Shown here: positions 51,401 through 64,000 of the stretch, piece after piece
Layout: each line of letters opens with the position of its first letter
How positions within the stretch are numbered: position 1 is the stretch's first letter
Assembly: GCF_006345805.1 (NCBI RefSeq)
Contig: NC_043004.1
Span: 23,498,001-23,562,000 of the forward strand
DNA length: 64,000 bases
From: Octopus sinensis
Taxonomy: Eukaryota
Direction of reading: 5' to 3'
The notes under the pieces: generated by a model
Told to the model about the DNA's origin: nothing
Databases searched by the model: none
What the model saw: the letters and a program-made list of their open reading frames with translations, nothing else
Program-made: the position numbers and the translations under genes

Positions 51401-54400
51401 ACATAATTTCTCATCTCTTAAATATAGAACTGTAATATCCATATTTCATGTTGTCATATACTGAACGGTTTGACAGAGTCTGACAAATCCATAGAATGGA
51501 TTGTGCTGCAATACAAACTGCATGGTTTCTGTGTCTAATGCCAAATATATATACATATATACACAGATACATGGATAAATGCACATACACATATATACAT
51601 ACACACACACACGTACACATGCAAATTTGTGTGTTATGTGTATTGGTATATCCAGCTTCACTGATTTTACATCTGAAAGTTTTGCCATAATGTGGAATTC
51701 CATAATGCGAAAATCTATCTTCCCATTGATTTCCATGTTATAAAATTACAATCCATTCCAAAAGAGTATTTCAAAACGTTAACTATTACATCTACTTGTA
51801 TGCATGAAAATATCAATTTCTGAGTCCACGCCATTGAGTATGTATTCATAATAAACAAAAAAAAAAAAAAGAAGAAAAGTATTTGAAGCGATAAACATAA
51901 GAGAATAAATAAAAATGCAGTAATATTATAATCAGAAATGCCACTGACTGCTGGGTGATAAGAGGTGATGGAGTATTGGGAGATATTGAAAGAAAAAGGA
52001 TGATCATCTTATGGCTTGTGAATAATTATCATAAGCTTTAAAGGCGAAGAAATTACCCAGATTTGTTTGGCATATATTTTGCTCTAAGGGAGCACAGTAT
52101 ATGAAACAAATGTCTTTGCAGTTAATGGAATAGCCATTTGTGCACTTGAATTAATTTTGTCTTTATAGTTTGATGCTGGTGCAGGCAGGCATGGCTGTGT
52201 TTTCAGGAGATTGCTTCCCAACCACATGGTTCTGGGTTCAGTCCCACTGTACAGCATCTTGAAAGATTTTTAGTCAAAGAATTGACCCCAGTTCTTAAGT
52301 TTTTTTAAAGCCTGGTACTTATTCTTATTTCTTTACTGCCCACAAGGGGCTACACACAAAGGGGACGAACAAAGGGATTAAGTTGATTATATCGACCCCA
52401 GTGCATAACTGGTACTTATTTAATCGACCCCAAAAAGATGAAAGGCAAAGTCGACCTCAGCGGAATTTGAACTCAGAACATAGCGGCAGACGAAATACCT
52501 TAAGCATTTCGCCCAGCATGCTAACGATTCTACCAGCTCTCCGCCATAAGCCTGGTACTTATTCTATTGATCTCTTTTGCTGAACTGCTATGCTACAGGG
52601 ACATAAACACACCAATGCCGGTTTTTCAAGCCGTGATGTGAGACAAACACAGGCACAAACACACACACACATACATATGACAGGCTTCTTTCAGTTTCCA
52701 TCTACCAAGTCTGCTTAAAAGGCTTTCATTGGTCCAAGGCTATCGGAGAAGAGATTTACCCAAGGTGCCACAAAGTAGGACTGAACTCAGAACCATGTGG
52801 TTGGGAAGCAACCATATTGGGCAAATGTCTTCTACCATAAGTCCGAGGACAACCAAGGCCTTTAGAGTGGATTTTGTAGATGGACACTGAAAGAAGCCCA
52901 TTATGTGTGTGAGTGTGTGTGTGTGTCCTTGCATTGAGATAGAATGATAGTTGTAAATGAAGATTGCTGCCATGTTAGCTGTGTACTTCGTTTCCAATCT
53001 TCCATGAAAACATGTCTGGTCTGGTCATGGGGGTAATTGTACATTACTTGTAAACAAGTAAGGGTTGGTGACAGGAAGGACATCCAGTTGTAGAAAAATC
53101 CTCCTCAACAAGTTCCATGTGACCCAAGAGAGCATGGAGAAGTGGACATTTCCATGATGATGATAATGACTGCTCTCTCAATAAGCATTGAAAATTGAAG
53201 GCCTTAGCAAAATGGTGTTATTGTGCAGTAAGAAGGTTGCTTCCCATCCACATGGTTCTGAGTTCAGTCCTACTTTATGGCACCTTGGGTAAATGTCTTC
53301 TCCGATAGCCTTGGACCAATGAAAGCCTTTTAAGCAGACTTAGTATATGGAAACTGAAAGAAGCCTGTCATATGTATGTGTGTGTGTGTTTGTGCCTGTG
53401 TTTGTCTCACATCACTGCTTAAAAACTGGCGTTGGTGTGTTTATGTCCCTGTAGCATAGCAGTTCAGCAAAAGAGATCAATAGAATAAGTACCAGGCTTT
53501 AAAAAAACCTAATTACTGGGGTCAATTCATTTGACAAAAAAATCTTTCAAGGTGGTACCCCCGCATGGTCGCAGTCTAATGACTGAAACAAGTAAAAGAT
53601 AAAAGATATGGTTGAGTTTTTCTCCGATGGCAAGCTTGGATAAAACGTCAAATTTGATATCCAGCATAAACGATTTTATAACTGCCCCTTATTTCAATTG
53701 AAAAGCCTTTCCCCAGTTATTATGAACAAGAGTGATACACTAAATTGTGTTACTGTTGTTCATTTCTACTTATATTTGTGGTAACAATTTTTTTCCAAAA
53801 AAATATCCAAAAAATCTCCCTGCATTCTATATGCTAAGCTGGGCCCATATTAGATGCTTTAATGGATTAAAACTGTTTTCCTAAATATGCATTGCTGAAA
53901 TTCATGTCCATCTAATATGCTCATGTATCTTTTATGTCATCAAGTACAATAAATCTTGCAATAATCAAGATAAAGAAAGAAGACGAACTGGCAGAAATGT
54001 TAGCATGCTGGGTGAAATGATTAGCAGTATTTCGTCTGTTTTTACATTCTGGGTTCAAATTCCGCCAAGGTCGACTTTGCCTTTCATCCTTTCGGGGTCG
54101 ATAAATTAAGTACTGGTTACGCACTGAGTTAATATCGACCCAATCTCTTTGTCTGTCTATGTTTGTCTCCTCTATGTTTAGCCCCTTGTGGGCAATAAAG
54201 AAATAAGAAATGTTAGCATGCCAGGCGAAATGCTTAGCAGTATTTCGTCTGACTTTACATTCTGAGTTAAAATTTCACCGAGGTCGACTTTGCCCTTGAT
54301 CTTTACGGGGTCGATGAATTAAGTACTAGTTGTGTACTGGAGTTGATCTAATTGACTGGCCCCCTCCTCAAAAATTTCGGGCCAGGGTAAAGAGGAAAAT

Positions 54401-55309
54401 TTACACTAAATAGTAGGACAGTAGAATGTAAAAAGCTGTTCTGCAACAGCTAAACTCTATGGTGTTGTTGTGCGGTAAGAAGGTTGCTTCCCAACCACAT
54501 GGTTCTGAGTTCAGTCCTGCTCTGTGGCACCTTGGTTAAATGTCTTCTCCAATAGCCTTGGACCAATGAAAACCTTTTAAGCAGACCTGGTAGATGGAAA
54601 CTGAAAGAAGCCTGTCATATGTATGTGTGTGTTTGTGCCTGTGTTTGTCTCACATTACTGCTTGAGAACCGGCGTTGGTGTGTTTGTGTCCCTATAACAT
54701 AGCAGTTCAGCAAAAGAGAGGGTCATATCAATGAAGTTAGAAGAAGAAAGCTGTAAGATTTGGGATGGAATCTTGTATGGTTAGAATCGGGAAACAGAAC
54801 CAGGATGAAAATGTTTGGACCAATGAAAACCAATCTTTTAATCTTTTATCTTTTACTCTTTTCGGTCATTTGACTGTGGCCATATTGGGGCTCCACCTTG
54901 CAGAAGTTAAGTCAAATGAACTGACCCAGTACTTATTTTATTGTTTTTTTTTGCTGAGCCACTAAGTTACAGGGACATGAATACACCAACACAGGTTGTC
55001 AAGTGGTAGTGGGGGACAAACACACACACACACATGCACATACTCACACACACACACACACACACACATGCACATACTCACACACACACACATCATGGGC
55101 TTCTTTCATTCACAATTCCAATCTCAAAGCTTGGGTTGGCCTGAGGCTATAGTAGAAGACACTTACCCTAGGTACCACACAGTGGGACCGAATCCAGAAC
55201 CATGTGGTTGGGAAGCAAGCTGTGCCTCTATTCTGTAAAATTTCAGACAATTTATGATAGGTTCAGTTGGTTAATGTCTAAATACTAGGATTAGGATTAA
55301 CATTTAGGA

Positions 55310-55500
55310 GTTATGATAAGGGTGTAGGTTAAAGATTAGTGTTTAAAATTAAGGGTTTAAGTTTAGGGGTTAAAGTTTCGGGTTAGAGAGTTAAAGTTTA
55401 AGGTTGGGGTTAAGGTTTAGGGTTAGGGGTTAAGGTTAGGGTCAGGGGTTAAGGTTTAGGGTTTGGAGTTAGGGTTTAGGATTGGAGGTTAAGGAGCAAG
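55310..55500 (+). repeat. Degenerate TTAGGG-like repeat tract
   Basis: ggttaggg/gtttaggg/ggttaagg variants with a 6-7-bp period. Confidence 0.8.
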
Positions 55501-56204
55501 ATGGTTGCATGGAAAGCTGTAATTTCTTTCTACATGTGTATGACAAAAATATATTCACTGTATATTATTTGGTTTGAAAAATTTGCATCAGGCCCTAAAG
55601 TCTGTGAAACCCCCAGTTTGTCCATTTTTAACTCAGCGTAGTTTGAAATAAGGATGATTTGGCTGTTATATCTAGTAAGCTGGACAACCACATAGAGGCA
55701 TCCTCAATAGATTCTGTGTCAATGTGTGCAGTGTGTTGTAATGTGTTTATGATGATGTGTGTTATGTAGTATGTAATGTGTGTGTGTGTGTATCTGTATG
55801 TAAATGTATGTGTGTGTGTATGGCATACTAGACAACTGTATGGAGTTGAGTTAACCCTTTAAAACTCCTCTCCTGCTGTGAAAAAAGCCAGTTGTTGCTT
55901 AGTCCTCAGTCATCCCTGACTGAGCAGATTTCTGATCAAAAGTATTCCAGCTATGACCAATTCATTTTTTATTCCAAACAATGTGTAATGTAGGATTACA
56001 TCGTCCAATGTGTCCTCTCTTTATTTTTAAGACAGCTGGATGTGTAACTGATTTGGATGTTGCTTCCAGCAGTTGAGTGATCACAAAGAGGATCACTCAG
56101 CAGCTCATCTGCTATGTTATTAAAGGCTGAAAAGAATACTCCAGGATGCCTACTGGCAAATGTAGTGAGCAATTTTAATTAATTATTTGTAGTAATTAGA
56201 GAAA

Positions 56205-56473
56205 GTAATTAGTTTAATGATTAATTTTGGTAAAATAAGATAACAGAATAACATGGGAATATAAATTAAAATAGAATGCAGGCCTGCTGGAAGAAAAGAC
56301 TTGGGTAGTTGAGTGACGAGTGATGGAATGGAGAGTGTGTAATTAGTTTAATGATTAATTTTGGTAAAATAAGATAACAGAATAACATGGGAATATGAAT
56401 TAAAATAGAATGCAGGCCTGCTGGAAGAAAAGACTTGGGTAGTTGAGTGACGAGTGATGGAATGGGGAGTGTG
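56205..56473 (+). repeat. 134-bp tandem duplication (2 mismatches)
   Basis: gtaattagtttaatga...gagtgtg repeats at 56205 and 56339. Confidence 0.95.
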
Positions 56474-58257
56474 ATTTTGGAGAGGCATGTTTCAGTTTTA
56501 TTAAACTTCCTCAGTAAAGTATAGACTTACTGCCTTAGGTTAAGTGATACATTATTGATTGTGTGTACGTCTGACAATGAAAAAAAATTAAAGACAAAGT
56601 TGACCCTGGCAGAGTTTGAACACAAAATGTAAGGAGCTGGAACAAGCTCTTAACAGATCTGCCAGTTGACTACCCTTACACAAATAATAATAAATAATTG
56701 ATGATGATGACAATGACGATGACGACGACAATGACAACAACACCAATAACATGTACATTCCATAGCATTTGTAAAATTACTAATGGTAATAGCTGAGATT
56801 GGAAACCAAGATTCTGGTACAGGAATAACAGATTTCTGTGTTTAATAGCATCCAGCTGGTTCATGACCAGGTGTAACGGATAAAGTTATGTGATGTTCTG
56901 GTCAAGGTCATTTGCCATATAGACTAGGTCAGGGTCAGGAACTTGTAGGAAGAGTGGTGAGTGTTAAGTCAATTGAAATTAACTCTATTCTATAATTGGC
57001 AATAAATACAATTTTGATATATATTTTGATAAATCTGTGTGTTCTGCAACTGGACTGAAGCTCTTGTAGGAGTATTGCCTTCAAGAGTATTGACTTCTAT
57101 TCAGTTCCTGTCTATCAAATTTCATTCACAAGGCAGTGGTTGATTCAAGGCTGTAGTTGAAGGCATTTCTCCAAGGATGTCATGCAATGGACCTGAATAT
57201 AAAGCTTTTATGTGTGTGTATGTGTGTAACTGATTTATTGATTCTGACAATGTGCATTTCAGATGTTTAATCATGTGACGTACCTACACATTGAATTTCA
57301 GAGTAAGTGGCTGAGTATACCACAATAACCAGTTATATTCCAGCAATTCTCAGTGACAAACAGATATATCAATTATATATGAATATTATTATATGATTCT
57401 CATTTTCAATGTGCCAGAAATAGCAATTGCTGCTTGACTCACTCCACTCTAGAAAATGAGAAACAGGAAGGTGTTGGAACATCAATAAATCCACACACTT
57501 CATTGTTTCAAACTAAATATAAAGGACCGAAAAAAAGATGACATGTGAAAGAAAATGCTGAAATAATAAAAATGTTATTCAACCTATCAGCCTTATTGGA
57601 AAAGAAATGAATTGTTTATTTACTGTTTTTATTTACTGCAGACTGGCTAAAGTTACTTCATGTGAGAAGTGCCTCAAATGCATGGCACTGACAAGCTGCA
57701 AGAACAGTGAAATGCACATCTGTCACTCTTGCTGTTGCTTCCAGGATGATTTTGTTTCATCCAACTCTGGATTATCTTTTTTATCTTTTATCTTTTATCT
57801 TTTACTTGTTTCAGTAATTAGACTGTGGTCAGGCTGGAGCACTGCCTTGAAAGGATTAACCAGACAAATTGATTCTTGTACATTTTGTTTAAATCTGGTA
57901 CATATTCAATCAGTCTCTTTTTGCCAAATTACTAAGTTATGAGGACCTAAACAAAAAAAAGAACACTGATTGCTAAGAAGTGGTAGAGAACAAACACAAG
58001 TGCTCACACTTGCACACACACACACACATAGATATACATATATACACACATAGATATATACATATACAGACATGACTGTATATGTATAAGAGACACAGGC
58101 ATGGCTGTGTGGTAAGAAGCTCGCGTCCCAAACCACATGGTCCTGAGTTCAGTCCCATGGCATGGCATGGCATCTTGGGCAAGTATCCTCTGCTTAAAGC
58201 CTTGTGAGTGGAGTTGGTAGATGGAAATAAAAAAAAAGCCTGTCGTATATATATATA

Positions 58258-58318
<61 letters not shown>

Positions 58319-58725
58319 TGTATGTATGAATTGATGGATGTACATATGTATGGATGTATGTATGTATGTATGTATGTATGTATGTATGGATTGATGTATG
58401 TATGTATGTATGTATGTATGTATGTATGTATATATATGTGTCTTTGTGCCTGTGTTTGTCTTCCATCACTATCTGACAACTGGTGCTGGTGTGTTTACAT
58501 CTCCATAACCTAGCGGTTCAGCAAAAGACAACACTAGAATAAGTACTAAGCTTTAAATCAAAGCACCAGCATAGACATTCACCCAAGAGCATCCAGCTGT
58601 AAAAACAAAGCCAAAAACAGACTATGGAACCTGGTGTGGCTCCTGATCTTGCCAGTTCCTGTCAAGTCATCCAGCCTATGCCATCATGGAAAGCAGATGT
58701 TAACTCTTGATGATAATGATGGTGG

Positions 58726-58765
<40 letters not shown>

Positions 58766-59479
58766 ATGACAGGCTTCTTTGGTTTCCATAAAAAAAATCC
58801 AGTTGCAAAGCTTTGGCTGGCCCTCAGTGTTACACAGTAGAACTGAAACTAGAACCACATAGTTGGAAGGGATCTTTTCTGAGATGACCACAGCAGCTTC
58901 TGACTTTTCAGTGATATACAGTATGTCCTATAGATAACATGATTAAAAAAAAAAAAAAATGGTGCAGGCATGGCATCTCAACCACATGGTTCCAAGTTCA
59001 GTCCTCACTGTGTAGCATCTTGGGCAGGGTGTCATCTACTGTAGCCTCAGGTTGACCAAAGCCCTGTGAGTAGATCTGGTGGATGAAAACCAAAAGAAGC
59101 ACATTGTGTGTGTGTATGTGTGTATGTGTGTGTGTGGTGTGTGTGTGTGTGTGTGTGTGCATGTCTTTGTGTCTGTGTTTGTCTCCACTGCCACCACCTG
59201 ACAACCACTGTTGGTATGTTTACGTCCCCATAACTTGGTGGTTTGGCAAAAGACTGTTAAAATATGTACCAGGCTTTAAAAAAATCATAAAAGTACTGGG
59301 GTCGATTCATTCAACTAAAATTTCTTGAAAGTGGTGCCCCAGTATGGCCACAGTCTCATGATTGAAACAAGTGAGAAAAAAAGAAAAGATAAAAGTATTT
59401 AGGAGAGGTACAAGTCCTGAAAAGTAGGGGATGGAAACAAGTCAAGTAAAAATCTCCACTACTTGATCGATACATCATC

Positions 59480-59810
59480 ATCATCATCATCATCGTTTAA
59501 CGTCCGTTCTCCATGCTAGCATGGGTTGGACGGTTCGACCGGGGATCTGGGAAGCCAGAAGGCTGCACCAGGCCCCAGTCTTATCTGGCAATGTTTCTAC
59601 AGCTGGATGCCCTTCCTAACACCAACCACTCCGTGAGTGTAGTGGGTGCTTTTTACGTGCCACCTGCACAGGTGCCAGGCGAGGCTGGCAACGGTCACGG
59701 TCGGATTGGTGTATTTTACATGCCACCGGCACGGAAGCCAGTCGAGGCGGCGCTGGCATCGGCCACGAGTCAGATAGTGCTTTTTACGTACCACCAGATC
59801 AGGGCTCCTG
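59480..59810 (-). mobile_element. (GAT)n-tailed short element / LINE 3' tail family
   Basis: Reverse complement of gagtggttggcgttaggaagggcatccagctgtag...ccaacccatgctagcatggagaacggacgttaaacgatgatg. Near-identical copies at 5598-5722 and 40860-41000. Others at 17350-17640, 30650-30830 and 33480-33650. Confidence 0.85.
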
Positions 59811-60234
59811 GCTGGTTCAATTCGATTTCGATTTCGATTTCGATACATTATTTTATATGCTTTAGAAAGATGAAAAGCAAAATTGACCTCACAGCAGCAT
59901 TTGAACTCTGAACCTGAAATTCAGATTGTCTAATGACTGCATACATACATATATATATATAAATAAATAAAAAAAATAAATGCATCCTTTTAAAGCCTAG
60001 CCAGGCTCATGGGCCCGGTTTCCCGGTTTCAATAGCGTATGTGTTCCCCAGCTGGACAGGACGCCAGTCCATCGCACCGTTACTCATTTTTGCCAGCTGA
60101 GTGGACTGGAGCAAAGTGAAATGAAGTGTTTTGTTCAAGAACACAACGCGTTGCCCGGTACAGGAATCGAAACCACAATCTTATGATCATAATGCTGACA
60201 CCCTAACCACTAAGCCACGTGCCTCCACACCCAC

Positions 60235-60265
<31 letters not shown>

Positions 60266-63200
60266 TGTATGTATGTATACAATGAAGATATTTGCTATAT
60301 GCATATATGAGCAGAGAATTGCGCATAAATGAAAATATACACGTGATTAGAGATCTGCAGGTATTTTTACTTAGTCATACTCATATGCAGGTATGCACAC
60401 ACACACACGCGTGTACATACACTCATACAGATGAGCAGACAGTCATGTGTGTGTGGGTGTGTTTATGTATATGTATATACATGAATATATATATATGTAT
60501 GTAGGTATATATATATATATATATATATAGGTAGGCATATACCCAAACACAATTGCACATTAGTGTATACATATACAGGCACACACACACACACACAGAG
60601 CATCATAGACATTAGCACATATACATGTATGTATGCACATGCACGCACACACATACTCACACACACACACAAAGGAATACAGACAAACGTTCTTGAAGTG
60701 ATTTATAAATATCTATTTGACATAGAGACAGGGTTGTAAATGGAGGAATTGCGTATGGGCATGATGGAGAATGGTGGTGGTGGTGGTGGTGGTGATGATA
60801 GTCAGAATGATGGTAGTGGGAGCCGTAATGTTAATTATGATTGCAGTTGTGATAGTGATGGTGGTGTTAGAGATTATGGCGATGGTGGTAATGGCGGTAG
60901 TGGCAGTGGTGATTATGGTGATGGTAGTGGTAATAATAGTGGTGGTGGTGGTGGTAGAAAGAGTGACAATTGTAATGATTAGAGTGTTGGTTTTGTTTTT
61001 TGTTTGTTTATTGGTTAAATCCAGTGGAAGGGACAGTGGCATTGGGTTTCTGAGTCCTCCAAGACCAGTGAAACTAATGCCACTATTGATCTCTTTGAAC
61101 TGTAGCAAATGATATCTGCCAGAAAATAAATGTGCAGTTGGAGTAGGTGACAAAAAAACCAAGAACAAAGATGGCCTGGTGGTTAGGGTGTGGCACTCAC
61201 AATCGGGGAAATCCCAGACTGGCAAAATACTTCATTTCTTATTGTTCCAGTTCACTCAGTTGTAAATGTATTCAGACTGGCATACATGGATGAGGTAATG
61301 ACTGAAGAAAATCACTCAAACGGAAGTCACAGGAGCCATGTTTATATTCAGCGATTGAAAGGATAAAAAGTATGCATCTATATATACATATCTATTATAT
61401 AAAATCTGTTCTGTCTGTCTGTGTGTGTGTCTTCTCGGATCTCGGGCATCCTCCATCCAATTGCGCTCAAATTTGATATGTAGATACCGACGGTATCAGG
61501 GCATGTGTAAGTCTTGAAAAAAATTACAAAAATCGATTCCAGGTGAGAAGGCAATCGATAAAGCTGTTTTTGTCCTGATTTTCTTCTGTCAGCCTGTACA
61601 TAACTGCACCTTCCATTTTTTTGTTGTTTTTGTACTGCTTAAACGCACGTTTCTTTCCTGCCAAGCTTACTGTTTAAACCATGTTTCTGTTCCCCCAGTC
61701 AACAGCCTTATCATTACTGGTACTTTAAACTCATTTTTAGCCCCTTGTGGGTAATAAAGAAATAGGTACTTTAAACTCATCGGTTGCATATTTGTGTGAA
61801 TAAAATCGTTTTTCTTTGGAATAGAAAAAAAGTCTATCTTTATTTCTTTTTTTGCTGGTGTCTCAAATTTAGGTTAAGTCAGTGTTTCTCAAAGGGGAGG
61901 CCTATGGGATGGTTGGAAAAGTTGTTTTGAAAAAATTTGGTTTAAATGTTTGACAACTCAGCACCGTCCATTGGACAGGGGTCGTTTTGCTCGTATACAT
62001 ATATACACACAAGTAAGTACATAAATGCAACACAAGGTGGAAAAAAATAGTACTCAACTACCAAGGGTAGAGTAATATGTTTTTAATAGAGCCGTAAAAA
62101 TTTCACAAAACTGTTATTCAGTTTCACATTCCAGTTCGTTGGACAGTTGAAACTCTGAGTAACAGTTTTGTGAAAATGTTGCAGCTTTAATAAAAGTATA
62201 TGTGTGTGTGTGTGTGTGTTTATATATGACAGGCTTCTTTGGTTTCCATTGAACAAACCCTCTTACAATGCTTTGGTTTGTTCTAGGCTATAGTAAAAGA
62301 TACTTGCCCTAGGAGTCATGCAGTGGGACTGAAACCAGAACCATATAATTGGAAAGAGATCATTTCTGAGATGACCACAGCAGCCTCTGACTTTTCAATG
62401 ATATCCTGACTGGTTGAGATTAGTTGCTCAGCCATGTTGACAGATGGTGTAGTAAAAGAGAGCAAATTGCAATCTCTATGGACCAGACGCTGAAATATAA
62501 TGGTTGGCAATTCTATTCTAATCAGTGCAGAATTCTTTCTTTGATTGTTGCTTAGAATGTTTCAGATGTGCGAGCAGTGAGCGCTTTCAGGACAGATTAC
62601 CCAATAAAATCAGATAATATTTTTATTTCTTTATTGCCCACAGAGGGAACAAACAAGGGAAGTCAAAGGGATTAAGTTGATTACATCGACCCCAGTGTGC
62701 AACTGCTATTTATTTAATCGACCCTGAAAGGATGAAAGGCAGAGTCAACCTTGATGGAATTTGACCTCAGAACATAACGGCAGATGAAATACCGCTAAGC
62801 ATTTCGTCCGGCATGCTAACGATTCTGCCAGCTCACCAGCAAAATGTGTAACAGCATTTTGTCTGTCATTACATTCTGAGTTCAAAATCTGCTAAGGTTG
62901 ACTTTGCTTTTCATCCTTTTGGAGTCAATAAAATAAGTACCAGTTGAACACTGGGATTGATGTAATTGACTTATCTGCTCCCCTGAACTTGCTAGGCTTG
63001 TGCCAAAAATTGGAAACCAATATTACAGTTACCTAACGCAGATAATCATTTCTGCACAGGGCAAAAGGCTTAGCAGCATTCTGTGTTTAGATTCTGCCAA
63101 GGTTGAGTTTACCTTTCTTCCCTTTGGGGTCGATAAAATAAGTACCAGTTGAGAACTGGGGTTGATTTAATTGACTAAGTCCCTCTCCTGAAATTGCTGG

Positions 63201-64000
63201 TCTTGTGCCAAAAATTTAATCCACAGTATTACAATTACCTCTTCAATTTTGCTGAGACTTGGTGTAAAGGAAGAATTTGGTGGTGGTTGTGTAGTGTTGG
63301 TGATTGTATGGTTGTGATATTGTTGGTGGTGAGTATGTGGAGTTGAAGATGGCGGCGTAGTGTTGGTGTTACTGGTGTTGTTACTGGTAGTAGTGCTGGT
63401 GGTGTGGATAATATCCTGCCTATCCCCCTGCCTCCAACCTGTCTGGCTGCTTGTTGGTTATGATGACGAGAATTCCAGGTGATATGATCAACTGATCAGC
63501 ATGCTCATGAAATTAATGTGCAAGTATCTAAGCATTTCACATATACTCTTAATGTAGTACTCAGGGAGATTCAGCATGATACACTGAATGTGACAAAGCT
63601 GGGCCTTTGAATTATAAGCACAATTCAATTTTGCCATCTGTGTGGACTGGAACAATGTAAAATAAAGTGCCTAGCTCAAGAATACAATAAGCTGTTGGGA
63701 ATTGAACTGATGACCTTACAACCATGAGCCATATACCCTAACCATTAAGCCATGTACCTTCATTTTGTGGATAATAGCAGCATGTGGCTATGTGGTGAGA
63801 AGCTTGCTTCCCAACCACATGGTTCTTGATTCAGTCCCACTGTGTGGTACCTTGGGCAGGTGTTTTCCACAGTAGCTGGCTGACCAAATACTTGTGAGTG
63901 GATTTGGCAGATGGAAACTGAAAGAAGCTTATCTTATATATATATGTATATATCTTTGTGTCTGTGTTCATCCCCCCATCACCACTTGATAATTGGTGTT

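Noticed and set aside
60713-61225. 170-aa minus-strand ORF with an AG-preceded segment (YHLLQFKEINSG...)
   Set aside because: Mostly a Thr/Ile trinucleotide tract. No donor site and no GC similarity.
49135-64000. Upstream GC exons (KLWTAPE..., LKITDYG...)
   Set aside because: No matching codons found by eye. Presumed to lie beyond the right edge.

Overview
This is AT-rich, microsatellite- and SINE-saturated animal intronic DNA. The repeat landscape looks like an Octopus/coleoid cephalopod genome (inference). The whole window appears to lie inside one minus-strand gene for a membrane receptor guanylyl cyclase (NPR-A/B, Gyc76C-like). Two clear exons (22569-22740 and 3723-3866) splice in frame across an 18.7-kb intron and encode the end of the kinase-homology domain plus the dimerisation coiled coil. 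A 15-nt candidate microexon (49120-49134) 26 kb upstream supplies the missing 'DVLPR-E' motif in the correct phase. The rest is intron: three tRNA-type SINE families, RTE and CR1-type LINE remnants, two Tc1/mariner remnants, a hAT-like MITE, minisatellites and many fold-back structures. Several fold-backs carry minimal hammerhead-ribozyme motifs of the Penelope-element type. Nearly all ORFs in the supplied track are microsatellite or antisense artefacts. Repeat boundaries are approximate because they were read by eye.
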